Shown in pieces: positions 21,101 through 30,253 of a stretch of DNA of 64,000 bases. Under the pieces are notes generated by a model. The model worked only from the letters and a program-made list of their open reading frames with translations. It did not search any database and had not been told where the DNA came from. The position numbers were made by a program, and so were the translations under genes. The first letter of the stretch is position 1. Every line of letters starts with the position of its first letter. The stretch spans positions 160,001-224,000 of the forward strand of contig CAWBNQ010000014.1 in assembly GCA_963790205.1 (NCBI GenBank), given 5' to 3'. This DNA is from Nitrospirota bacterium (GTDB lineage Bacteria > Nitrospirota > UBA9217).

Positions 21101-21946
21101 ATGAACGATCAATTTAAAATCAATGCCGGAAATCCTGCTTGACCGCCCGCTGGCGCCGCCGGAGTTTGCCGGCGCGACAATGCTGAGACGCTCTCAAACG
21201 TTAGCCCGCAGCAGGACCCGGCAGCGATCAAAAGCGCGGTCAGACAGAAGTATGCCGAGGTAGCTGTTTCAGCGGCGGGCAAATTCCAGTATCCTACCGG
21301 CAAAGAGGGCGCGGAGCTCCTCGGATACGACCGCGCCCTTATCCAAAGCGCGCCTCCGCAGCTCCTTGATTCCTTTTGCGGCGTCGGAAACCCCTTTTCA
21401 CTCGGAGAGATCCGTCGCGGGTCGGCTGTGCTGGATGTCGGCTGCGGGGCGGGTTTCGATATGTATGTTGCGGGCCGGCTTGTCGGCGATCAAGGCAGGG
21501 TGTGCGGGATTGACCTGACCTATGAAATGGCGTCCCTTGCCCGGATGAACCTTGCGAAGTCAGATATTGCAAACGTTGAGATCAAAACGGTTGATATGGA
21601 ACACATTCCCTATCCTGACCATTCCTTCGACGTGGTCATATCCAACGGCGTCATCAACCTCTCCCCCTCCAAGCAGGTCACGTTCGAGGAAATCTATCGC
21701 GTTCTGAAGCCGGGCGGGGCACTGCAGTTTGCCGACGTTGTACTGGATAAAGATTTACCTGCATCCCTTGCAGGAAGCGCTGAAGCGTGGTCGCAATGAA
21801 TCGGCGGCGCGATCCCGGTCCGGGATCAAACGAGATTGCTGGAAGAGGCGGGTTTTAAGGAAGTTGAATGGTTGGGGATGACGGGTTTTCGAACCTCGGC
21901 GTATACCGTCGGCGCTCTGTTCAAGGCTCATAAACCGAAATCGTAA
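21101..21946 (+). CDS. ArsM-like SAM-dependent methyltransferase, putative selenoprotein (UGA at 21140 and 21797)
   Basis: GGAGGG RBS then ATG; single frame MNDQFKINAGNPA-U-PP...SFCGVGNPF...LDVGCGAGFD...SNGVINL...WSQ-U-IGGAIP...KPKS*; hairpin after each UGA. Confidence 0.82.
21811..21827 (+). promoter_or_regulatory. Bacterial SECIS-like hairpin
   Basis: GATCCCG-GTC-CGGGATC, 11 nt after the UGA at 21797-21799. Confidence 0.75.
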
Positions 21947-21956
21947 GAGTGAGCAT

Positions 21957-22285
21957 ATGTTCCCGACAAAGGACGACTCATTCAAAGACTTCATTATCGA
22001 CCAGCTCAGCGGGCTCGAGGGCGTGACCGCGCCATGTTCGGCGGGCATGGCCTTTATCGCGGGGGAACGTTCTTCGGCATCATCTTCAAAGGCAGGCTGT
22101 ACTTCAAAACGAACAACACGACGAGAACTGATTATGTCGAGCGCGGAATGAAGTCCTTCCGGCCGAACCCCGGGCAGACGCTCAAGAATTACTTCGAAGT
22201 CCCCGCCGACATTCTGGAAGAGCCTGACCGGCTCGCTGCCTGGGCGCAGGATGCCATTCACGGCTGCAGGCAGGACAACTCGTGA
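21957..22285 (+). CDS. TfoX/Sxy N-terminal domain protein (indel near 22030)
   Basis: DSFKDFIIDQL followed by MFGGHGLY...FFGII...LYFK...YFEVPADILE. Confidence 0.8.
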
Positions 22286-22344
22286 TCAAACAATTTCAAT
22301 GAACAGGCAAAACAGGAGATATGAGTATAGCAGAGCAAAATATT

Positions 22345-22373
22345 AAAAAAGGCAGCCGCATAGTGCAGCTGCC
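22345..22373 (-). terminator. Intrinsic terminator
   Basis: A run followed by ggcagccgca-tag-tgcagctgcc; reads as hairpin plus U tract on the minus strand. Confidence 0.6.
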
Positions 22374-22422
22374 ATATCGGGTTTGTTTGATTCTTTAAAG
22401 TACGGAGTGTATTTTTGTTGAC

Positions 22423-23112
22423 TTATCGTCTTGATCCGCCCATGCCAGGCCCCATGCCGGAACCATGATCCATGCCCGTGCCATGGTCCATTCCAAGCCC
22501 GTTGCCCATATGGTCACGGTCGCGCGACATGTCGCGGTCCTGGCGCATGGTCCTATCCCTGTCCATGGTCCGTGTTGCGTTTTCCGCGGCCTTGTCCGGA
22601 GCTGTTCCGGATTTTATCTCTCCGGCATAGGTATTTGCAGCGGCAGTTATCCTGCCGCTCCTGAGCCCTTTCTTGATCCCGCTGGACATTACCTGTGAGG
22701 TCTTGTCGACCGGGGCGCCGGCTGCCACCGTCTTGCCGAAGGCGTTCGTCATCTGCGCTGTTTCCCGCGTGTTATACTTGTGCTGTATTGCATCAGCCGC
22801 CACCGTGGCTGCGTCTTTCCTCGCGCCGGGCCGCACCGTCTCTATGGACTTGGCAACCTCGGCAAGGTCCTTGCCTTTCATCCCCTGGTTGATGGACGCT
22901 TCGACCACCCGGGAGGCGTGCTCTACCGGCACACCCTTGTCAACAAGGCCCTGGAGTATGGGGACCGCCTGGGAGCGGTCGTTGGCGCCAAGCTTCCTCT
23001 CCGCGGCCTGTTTATCGACGGTTGTCTTTGCCTCATCCAGCGTGAGGGCGAACGCCGATGTTACGAACATCAGAATGCTTCCTGTCATAATTGCCGTTAA
23101 TACCTTCTTCAT
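22423..23112 (-). CDS. Exported helical-repeat protein with Met/His/Gly-rich tail
   Basis: Signal peptide ending AFA; C-terminus GMDHGTGMDHGSGMGPGMGGSRR. Confidence 0.75.
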   Translation of the reverse strand: MKKVLTAIMTGSILMFVTSAFALTLDEAKTTVDKQAAERKLGANDRSQAVPILQGLVDKGVPVEHASRVVEASINQGMKGKDLAEVAKSIETVRPGARKDAATVAADAIQHKYNTRETAQMTNAFGKTVAAGAPVDKTSQVMSSGIKKGLRSGRITAAANTYAGEIKSGTAPDKAAENATRTMDRDRTMRQDRDMSRDRDHMGNGLGMDHGTGMDHGSGMGPGMGGSRR

Positions 23113-23211
23113 GTCGGTTCTCCCTGATTATTGTGATTTGATTTTAAGAACTGCTCGCTGCTCTGCTTACCGCCGCCCGCCCATGCCGGACATGCCTCCC
23201 GTGATGCGCGG

Positions 23212-23745
23212 TTAATCGTTTCCGTGCATTCCCATGCCCATACCTCGTCCCATCCCATGCCCACGCTGCGGTCTCTCATACCCGTCTCCACCATGGTCAG
23301 CATGATCTCTCCTGTTCTCATAGTTGTCCCAGTGCCGTTCGTTCTCCCAGGTCCGCCAGTTCCTCTTGACCATTCCGTACGGCATGCGCTCGTATCCGGA
23401 AGGAACCTGACGATAATGCGACGGCAAATTCATCAAAACACCGGGCACCCTCTGGATGGCAACAGACCCCCATGGCCCGTTATATTCGGCCGCTATAAGC
23501 CACTGTCCCCGGTAAGGGCGGTACCAGGAACCGTTGTAAAAGAAAACATCCACACCCACATCAGGCGGATAATATACATAGGTCCCGGGTATAACGGCCA
23601 TGACAGGCGGCGCCGAAATTACCATCCCGGGAAAGGGGATCGTTACATTGATATTTACCCCGGCGCTGCTTTCCGCCGGGGCGATCACCACCAAAGCCAA
23701 AAAGACACCAACACAGAGAGCGACAACAACTTTCCATTTTTTCAT
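23212..23745 (-). CDS. Exported Pro/aromatic-rich protein with His/Met/Gly tail
   Basis: Signal peptide; GVNINVTIP...VIPGTYVYYPP...; tail GHGMGRGMGMGMHG; AGGAG RBS. Confidence 0.75.
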   Translation of the reverse strand: MKKWKVVVALCVGVFLALVVIAPAESSAGVNINVTIPFPGMVISAPPVMAVIPGTYVYYPPDVGVDVFFYNGSWYRPYRGQWLIAAEYNGPWGSVAIQRVPGVLMNLPSHYRQVPSGYERMPYGMVKRNWRTWENERHWDNYENRRDHADHGGDGYERPQRGHGMGRGMGMGMHGND

Positions 23746-23782
23746 AGTGCCATCTCCTAATTCAAAATTTTATAGACAAACA

Positions 23783-23811
23783 TAAGACGAACGAGAAACG
23801 AAAAGGTTACA
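23783..23811 (-). promoter_or_regulatory. ECF sigma-type promoter, copy 1
   Basis: Minus strand TGTAAC-cttttcgtttctcgtt(16)-CGTCtta. Confidence 0.75.
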
Positions 23812-23970
23812 GCTTTGGCAAACATTTTTGAAGTACATCATCAAGAAGAAATCCAGATGGAGCACTTTCGCATTGAGAGGACCGCATCCAGGCATAATAC
23901 GGCAATAGCACGGAAGGTGGCAGCTTGAGGTGTCAGCTGTCTATCGAAAGAAGGTAGCTGAATAGGATAA

Positions 23971-24008
23971 AAAAATGACAGCCGGCTCCATCTCCGGCTG
24001 TCATTTTT
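23971..24008. terminator. Bidirectional intrinsic terminator
   Basis: aaaaatgacagccgg-ctccatct-ccggctgtcattttt perfect stem. Confidence 0.85.
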
Positions 24009-24050
24009 GTTTATTGTTAAAAAGGAATTCGGCCTAACTACAGGCGATCA

Positions 24051-25790
24051 TTAAATCGTGCCGCTTGACGCAGCCAGCGTGTTAATGAGCGTCTGCATGC
24101 CTGATGCCGTAAGTCCTGATTTGTTCGCTGTTGACCCCAGGAACGTTGTCATCGCTGTGGCCAGCCCGCTTGTCCCGGCCGTGGACTGCATCATGGTGCC
24201 GCCACCGCCCATCATGCCGCCGCCCATGCCGCCCATGGTGATGGAGGTTCCGCCCATCATGCCGTTCAAGATGCCGTCGGATGCATCTTGCATCATGGCC
24301 GTGGTCAGGGCCGCGGGGTCGGTTATGCCGATGGTCTGAGCATACTGAGACATGGCGGCAATGGCAATGCCGTAGTTCCTCATGTCCGTCGTTGTTCCGC
24401 CGGAAGCCAGCATCGCCGCGTTCATCGGCAAGGTTTGAAGTATGTCGGACACCATGAAGTAGCCGCCCACTGCCGTGTTCGCTGCCGTGATGTTGGCATC
24501 GATCATCCCGCCCGTCATTGTCTGGGCCCGGGCCTGTGCCATGGACGTAAGGGGCGTCATATGAATGCCCGTCACCGTGGCCCCGCTCGCAATCGTCGGA
24601 ATAACTGCGGTCATAACATCGGTCATAGACATGGTCAAGGTCGCGCCGGTTGCCAGGTTCTCATACGAGCCTCCGCTCATCTTGAGCATAACGGGACCGG
24701 AATACGCGCCAAGGGACAGGCTGAAGCCGCCCATGCTGTTCGTGGTCCCGCTCGCCAGCTGTGCATCCATGATTCCGCTATTCACCGAATAGGCCATGAC
24801 CGTTGCGTTGCTCATCGTCCCGTTGAAGACCGTTCCGCTGACCATCCCGTTCACCGGAGTTCCGCCGCCGCTCTGAATGGTACCGGTCGCGGAGCCCGTC
24901 AACTGGTCCATGAGCGTTTGCATGTTCGTCGCAGTCACGCCCGACCTATTCATGGGGGATGCGATGAACGCCGCCATTTCCGTCGCAAGCCCGCTCGTTC
25001 CCGCAGTCGTGGTCATCTGGGAGCTGATACCCATCATGCCGCCCATCAGGACCGGCGTGTTTCCCATCATGCCGTTCAGGACGCCGTCCGACGCGTCGTT
25101 CATCATTGCCGTGACCATGCTGGATGAGGAGGTCATTTTCATGTCAAATGCAGACTGGGATATGGCCGCGATGGCCATCCCGTAGTTCTTCATGTCCTGG
25201 GTCGCCGAGAGGCCCGAATTGGACGCCAGCGGGTTCATTGGCTGTGTATGCAGGATATCGTTCACCATGAAGTAAGCCCCAATGGAGGCATTCGCCGCGG
25301 CTATGTTCGTGTCGTTCATGCCGCCTGCCATGTTGTCAGCCATGGACTGGGCCATGGAGGTAAGCGGCGTTACCTGGATGCTGGTCATTGTTTCTCCGCT
25401 CGTGATCGTGGGAATGATCGCGGTCATCACGTCGCCGGGGGACATGCTCATTGCAGAGCCGGTTGCCTCGTCAGTAAACGTTCCGCCGCTCAATTGCAGC
25501 ATAACAGGACCAGAATAGGCACCGATCGAGATTTGAAAATTACCCTGTGCGTCCGTCGAGCCGCTGGCGAGTCGGGTGCCCATGGTCCCGTTGATGACGG
25601 CATAAGCCGATACCGTGCCTCCGTTGATCGGCCCCTTAACCGCTGTGCCACCAATCATTCCGCCGCTTGTAGTCGGAGTTGTCCCGCCGCCTCCTCCCCC
25701 GCCGCAACCAAAAAGAAGCGATAGAGAGCCGAGTAAGAGAGTGAGAACCAGCATTGTCTTGAGATTCTTGTGCCTTCGCATTGAACACAT
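24051..25790 (-). CDS. Met-rich lipoprotein built from two tandem ~260-aa repeats
   Basis: Lipobox LFGC plus poly-Gly linker; duplicated GAYSGPVML..SGG, TPLTSMAQ, MVxDIL, NYG.AIAA.SQ, DASDG.LNGMMG motifs; GGAGG RBS. Confidence 0.82.
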   Translation of the reverse strand: MCSMRRHKNLKTMLVLTLLLGSLSLLFGCGGGGGGGTTPTTSGGMIGGTAVKGPINGGTVSAYAVINGTMGTRLASGSTDAQGNFQISIGAYSGPVMLQLSGGTFTDEATGSAMSMSPGDVMTAIIPTITSGETMTSIQVTPLTSMAQSMADNMAGGMNDTNIAAANASIGAYFMVNDILHTQPMNPLASNSGLSATQDMKNYGMAIAAISQSAFDMKMTSSSSMVTAMMNDASDGVLNGMMGNTPVLMGGMMGISSQMTTTAGTSGLATEMAAFIASPMNRSGVTATNMQTLMDQLTGSATGTIQSGGGTPVNGMVSGTVFNGTMSNATVMAYSVNSGIMDAQLASGTTNSMGGFSLSLGAYSGPVMLKMSGGSYENLATGATLTMSMTDVMTAVIPTIASGATVTGIHMTPLTSMAQARAQTMTGGMIDANITAANTAVGGYFMVSDILQTLPMNAAMLASGGTTTDMRNYGIAIAAMSQYAQTIGITDPAALTTAMMQDASDGILNGMMGGTSITMGGMGGGMMGGGGTMMQSTAGTSGLATAMTTFLGSTANKSGLTASGMQTLINTLAASSGTI

Positions 25791-25823
25791 CCTCCATAAA
25801 TTAATTTTTGTTGCAATTGTGCA

Positions 25824-25852
25824 TTAGACGAAACAACGACGAAAAGGTTACA
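25824..25852 (-). promoter_or_regulatory. ECF sigma-type promoter, copy 2
   Basis: Minus strand TGTAAC-cttttcgtcgttgttt(16)-CGTCtaa; first 14 nt identical to copy 1. Confidence 0.75.
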
Positions 25853-26290
25853 AATAACTTCACGACGAGTTATTTCCTTAATGTCGTCTTATCTATTTCT
25901 GAATACTGCGACGCGTGATGATTATCGATTTCGAGCAGAGGATAGTCGTGAAAGAACATCCTCTCCGCGCGGCAGATTAGTGGGATATATTCCAGGAACA
26001 ACGGCGGTTTGACGTGAGGGAAGTAGCTCTTCGTGAGGCTAATTCTGTGACAAGATTTACAAACCCGCAACCAAAAAATCTGACCTTGAAGAATGAAGCT
26101 CTACCTTGTCTCTTTGTCGATTGTTTCTTTTCAAGCTAACAGATGCGCGCCCCTTTTTATTACGACTCTGTTCAAAAGAAGTCAAGCATTAAAGCAAAAC
26201 GCTGCTATTATTCACTCGGTCTGTAGTATGGAAATCTCTGTACGGATCTTGTGTTTCCCTGTTCGTGATGTCCGCCATTGGATCGAACAG

Positions 26291-26515
26291 TCAGGACCTT
26301 TGCGGGCCAGGATCATTATTCGGCTCAAAATACGGGATGGCAATGATCTCGAGGGCCAGCTGCTGGGACGTACTCTCCTTTGAAATACCGAGCTTCTTGG
26401 CGATCTCGTTGACGTTCAGCTCGCCTTCTCTCAGCAGGCAGAAGATCTCAAGACGTCGGGAGTTGGAAAAAATCTTGCAAAATTCGGCATGCAGCTGCAA
26501 CATCTCTTTCTTCAT
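26291..26515 (-). pseudogene. Truncated ArsR/SmtB regulator
   Basis: HAEFCKIFSNSRRLEIFCLLREGELNVNEIA...SQQLA, then homology is lost before the wing; ATGA overlap with the sqr stop. Confidence 0.6.
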
Positions 26516-27702
26516 GGCAGATTGGTGAGCCCCCTTTTCATCTTCCACAGGAAGTATTTCTCGAATCCGAGCTTCATCCACTTTGCCCAGATTGCCTTCT
26601 TCGTATAAGAGCTTTGTCTCGGCGGGAGAACGGGATAGGCCTTCATGAACGCGGCAGTGTTTCCCATGTCCATGAGGCAGACAACGCCGAGTTCGTCCGC
26701 GAGAGGTGGGGTCTTGCCGGTGACATCGGAAGCAATGGTCGCGGCAGCGGTCTTCGCCATCTTGACAGTCATGAATCCCGTTTTCGGCACACCCGTGGGC
26801 ACCGGCGTAACCTCCGGCGGCGCAATCGCTATCGCAACACCGATCGCAAAGATGTTTTTGTGCTTGGTGTGGCGGTAGTTTTTGTCTACAGGGATGAACC
26901 CTCTCGGATTACCGAGTGGCATAACGGCGGGCACGCCCTTGAACGGCGGCGCGATCATGGCAAGCTTGAACGGGAGCTTCGTGCCGTCTTTTAATTTGAT
27001 CTCTCCCGGCGTTACTTCCTCGATGGCCTGGCTCACGAGGGGCTTGATGTCCCTCTCCGCGAACTCGTCTTCGATGAATCGTCTTGATTTTCCGAGCCCG
27101 CCCACGCCCATGTGACCCAGATAGGGCTCCGAAGTCAGATACAGGATCGGCACCTTATGCCGCATTTTTCTTCGCCGGAGTTCCGCATCCATCTCGAAGG
27201 CAAGCTCATAGGACGGCCCGAAACAGCTCACCATCTGCGAAGACCCGACAACTATGGGACCGGGATTCTCAAGAACGCTCCTCCAGGTCGCTCCGGTCTT
27301 CACTGCATGATCGAGGGTGAAAGTGCAGGACGTGTATCCGTTGTCCGGTCCCAGTCCGGGAATCTCATCGAACGAGAGATGCGGTCCTGTCGATATCACG
27401 AGAAAATCATAAGGCAGCTCCTTGCCCTGGGACGTGATGACCTTCGACGCATCCCGATCTACCTGCTTTGCGGCTTCCTGGACGAAAGCGATCCCCTTCG
27501 GTCTCAGGATATCGCCGACCTTGAGCGTGATGTCTTTCGGCTTTCGCCACCCCATGATAAGCCACGGCAGAGACGGCAGGAACACGAACCGGTCGTCGTC
27601 GCTCACAACGGTCACATCCGCCTTCTTCCCGAGCAGCCGCTTCAGCTCAAAGGCCGCCGTCAATCCCCCGAACGATCCCCCCAACACAACGATCCTTGCC
27701 AT
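26512..27702 (-). CDS. sqr: Sulfide:quinone oxidoreductase-like flavoprotein (SqrC/type III-like)
   Basis: GGSFGG FAD motif; SCFGPSYE; VPKTGFM; VCLMDMG. Confidence 0.85.
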   Translation of the reverse strand: MARIVVLGGSFGGLTAAFELKRLLGKKADVTVVSDDDRFVFLPSLPWLIMGWRKPKDITLKVGDILRPKGIAFVQEAAKQVDRDASKVITSQGKELPYDFLVISTGPHLSFDEIPGLGPDNGYTSCTFTLDHAVKTGATWRSVLENPGPIVVGSSQMVSCFGPSYELAFEMDAELRRRKMRHKVPILYLTSEPYLGHMGVGGLGKSRRFIEDEFAERDIKPLVSQAIEEVTPGEIKLKDGTKLPFKLAMIAPPFKGVPAVMPLGNPRGFIPVDKNYRHTKHKNIFAIGVAIAIAPPEVTPVPTGVPKTGFMTVKMAKTAAATIASDVTGKTPPLADELGVVCLMDMGNTAAFMKAYPVLPPRQSSYTKKAIWAKWMKLGFEKYFLWKMKRGLTNLP

Positions 27703-27784
27703 AACATCCTCCTTTTTGACCAGGAAAAGGTCGGGGCTAAGGTTGAGCTTTTATACGTAACCTTGACCTTAGCCTTAACCTGTT

Positions 27785-28066
27785 TTAGAACATTCCTGTG
27801 ACCTTATCGCCGCTCGTTATAATGTCCGTCAATGTATCGTAGTCGATAATTTTGACCCGTTCGTCCATCTCGGAATCCTTGAGACCCCGGAGCCTCTTGT
27901 CGTCATCCAGGACATACACTGCGGCCGAAAAAGCCCCCAGCCGCTCCTTCTGAGCAAAATAGACGCCGTTCTGCAGGAGAACGAGATCTGCCCCGCTTTC
28001 CTTCGCAAGGGTCAAGCCGAGCGCTCCATCAGTCGTATCCGGTGCGCTTTTGATGATCACAAGCAT
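27785..28066 (-). CDS. DsrH/TusB-like sulfur relay protein
   Basis: LVLLQNGVY...VYVLDDD..LRGL...IDYD motif. Confidence 0.85.
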   Translation of the reverse strand: MLVIIKSAPDTTDGALGLTLAKESGADLVLLQNGVYFAQKERLGAFSAAVYVLDDDKRLRGLKDSEMDERVKIIDYDTLTDIITSGDKVTGMF

Positions 28067-28077
28067 GATAATTTCCT

Positions 28078-28431
28078 TTAAAAAACGATTGTCGTATCTG
28101 TTTTGCCGATAATATCCGCGATTACTGAGCCGCTCGTAATCGTGATCCCCTCGATTATACAATCATTGGCGATCTGTTCCCTTTTCAATGACGCTTCATC
28201 GGCATAGACCGCAACACCCATGTCAATGCAATCCTGAATGCCGTCTCCAGCATTCAAATACTCCGTCTGGGACACGTCCTGTCCTCTTCTCGCCGCATGT
28301 ACCCCTCCGTCAACAAGAAGCAACTTTACTTCCAGGTCGTCGGTCACTCCCCCGAGCGCATGGCGGATCGCTTCCGAGGCATCGACAGTCCCGTACGGCG
28401 GCCTTCTTAGAATTATGCTTATGCTCCCCAT
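28078..28431 (-). CDS. DsrF/TusC-like protein
   Basis: ILRRPPYG...EAIR...DGGVH; no catalytic CxxC. Confidence 0.8.
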   Translation of the reverse strand: MGSISIILRRPPYGTVDASEAIRHALGGVTDDLEVKLLLVDGGVHAARRGQDVSQTEYLNAGDGIQDCIDMGVAVYADEASLKREQIANDCIIEGITITSGSVIADIIGKTDTTIVF

Positions 28432-28441
28432 AATGGCCCCC

Positions 28442-28786
28442 TTATATGCCGAAATTTAAGAATACGGGCTTTGTCTTCACAACATTGAAAAGCCCTTTCA
28501 ACGAGCTCATCTCCCCGCCCTCAATGGAATCGTCAGCCGCAAGACCGCGGCTTTTCATGCAGCCTGTTCAGATATCGACCTTGAGACCTTTTCCGACAAG
28601 ATCTACAAGTGTGGAGAGCGCCTGAGGGACCTGTCCCTTTACAATGGAGAAAACACCGTCGCCGGAGGCAATAAGTCTTGCCCGGTGCCCTTTCTTCAGG
28701 GCAGCTTCCGCCAGTTTGAAAATAGTGTGCGTATTCTCAAAGCTGTAGGGCGTCGTGGAAAGAAACATCACAATCTCTTTTTGCAT
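28442..28786 (-). CDS. DsrE/TusD-like selenoprotein (UGA at 28568-28570, UxxC)
   Basis: MQKEIVMFLSTTPYS...GDGV...KVDI-U-TGCMKSRGL...FLNFGI*; read-through gives 114 aa and ends at the RBS of the next gene. Confidence 0.85.
28535..28552 (-). promoter_or_regulatory. Bacterial SECIS-like hairpin
   Basis: AGCCGC-GGTCTT-GCGGCT, 15 nt after the UGA. Confidence 0.75.
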
Positions 28787-28806
28787 AGTGACCTCCTCAA
28801 ATGAAA

Positions 28807-29127
28807 TTAAAATGTCAAAACCCTGTCGCTTTCCTTGATGATCGCGTGCATGTCCTTGAGTCCCGCCAGGGGACAGACATCGGTCGGCCCGGCATTGCGT
28901 ATTTTCAGACAAGTGCCGCAGGCGAATATCTTGCCGCCTGCTTTTATAAAGTCCTTCATCTGTTGAGTGACCGAAAACTTTTCCGTATCGAGCGACTCGG
29001 CCTCTACTCCCTTGCCGGTCAGAAATACCTTTGCATCATCCTTTTCTTTCAGAGAGAAGTTGCCGTATCTGAACGCATTCCAAACAGTCTCAGAATCATT
29101 TGAAGAAATGATAATTCCTATTTTCAT
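28807..29127 (-). CDS. DsrE family protein (Cys form)
   Basis: ETVWNAFRYG...VFLTGKGVE...ACGTCLKIR. Confidence 0.88.
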   Translation of the reverse strand: MKIGIIISSNDSETVWNAFRYGNFSLKEKDDAKVFLTGKGVEAESLDTEKFSVTQQMKDFIKAGGKIFACGTCLKIRNAGPTDVCPLAGLKDMHAIIKESDRVLTF

Positions 29128-29468
29128 TACCGTCTCCTTTCACCCGGATACGTCCCCCGCTTCGTCACCGGACAGCAGGCCGGCGCGGGTATGTCTTCGT
29201 CATATTCTTTTTTCAGAAGTTCAAGCAGATCGGGAACTAGCGGTTCTTTGAGGAAGTAGCATTTGAGCCGTCCATCGACGAAGTAGTCGACGAGATGGTG
29301 CGACCGGAGGAGCTTCAGGTGCTGCGACACGTTCGGCTGGCTGATGTCGAGAGACTCCTCGAAGTCGCTCACACATTTGACGCCGAGCACGAGGTCTTCC
29401 AGGATCTTGATGCGAGCGGGATGGGCGATTACTTTCAGCAGATCGATGCGCTTGTCAACTGGGATCAT
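29127..29468 (-). CDS. ArsR/SmtB family regulator with Cys-Cys tail
   Basis: AHPARIKIL, KCV, SQPNVSQHLKLLR; C-terminal ACCP. Confidence 0.9.
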   Translation of the reverse strand: MIPVDKRIDLLKVIAHPARIKILEDLVLGVKCVSDFEESLDISQPNVSQHLKLLRSHHLVDYFVDGRLKCYFLKEPLVPDLLELLKKEYDEDIPAPACCPVTKRGTYPGERRR

Positions 29469-29489
29469 AGATGGCCTCCGTTAAATAAT

Positions 29490-29526
29490 ATATGCAAACA
29501 TTATTATGTTTTTATGCTTTTGTCAA
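29490..29526 (-). promoter_or_regulatory. Putative promoter/operator of the ArsR-dsrE-sqr operon
   Basis: TTGACA on the minus strand (29526-29521) followed by the palindrome aacat-aata-atgtt. Confidence 0.45.
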
Positions 29527-29608
29527 CGTAAAATTCTGATTTGAGGGTGCAGACAAATTATGATGTTGAAGATCTAAGGAAGGATTTCAGAATTGTGGCC
29601 AGAGTAAG

Positions 29609-30229
29609 TTATGTGGGGCGATGATCATCCAGTGAATATGCCACGATCGGCCGAAGACCTCTGCCTGCATATTCAAGCGTCTTGAACAGATACCCGATAA
29701 ACGTTCCCGAATAACGGTAGCGGCGGATACAGCATTCAATCCGTTCCCCGATCAAATCGTCCCGACCTTCCCAGCAGGACAGCTTTGGGCACCGTTCAAT
29801 CCACTCACCGATCGTGGGCCTGACCAGGTTGATGATTTCCTGTTTGGCAGCTGCATTGCCTCGTTGAGCAATTCTTACGAGCGCAATGCTGATGATATCC
29901 CGGGCCCGCTCATCATCAGCACCCGCCGGAGAGAGAAACGTATACAGCTTGTCATGGTGCTTTCTCAGAATGGTCCCGACTGCCTTCTTGCCCCTGACAC
30001 GTTCTGACCGTCTGCCCCTGTGTGAAGCCTGCCATCTTCGTTGTAATCCGCGGTCCAATGCACGGGTGATCCTGTCCCAGTCTATGCCGCCGACTTCAGC
30101 TCTAACGTTCTTCTGAATAAACCGATACACATGCGGAGCATGTAGTCGTATCCATGAACTGCAAAACGTATGAGGCTGTATCGTTCTGAGAAGCTTGTTG
30201 ATTGCCTTAACAGCGGAAACAAAATCCAT
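29609..30229 (-). CDS. Hypothetical basic protein; 5' part duplicated at 33459-33697
   Basis: 206-aa ORF; near-identical partial copy 3.4 kb away. Confidence 0.6.
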   Translation of the reverse strand: MDFVSAVKAINKLLRTIQPHTFCSSWIRLHAPHVYRFIQKNVRAEVGGIDWDRITRALDRGLQRRWQASHRGRRSERVRGKKAVGTILRKHHDKLYTFLSPAGADDERARDIISIALVRIAQRGNAAAKQEIINLVRPTIGEWIERCPKLSCWEGRDDLIGERIECCIRRYRYSGTFIGYLFKTLEYAGRGLRPIVAYSLDDHRPT

Positions 30230-30253
30230 GGAATCATCAAATCAGCGTCCTAA

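Noticed and set aside
25870..26070. Short ORF with CKSCH as a cytochrome
   Set aside because: No signal peptide or RBS, an upstream in-frame stop and atypical composition
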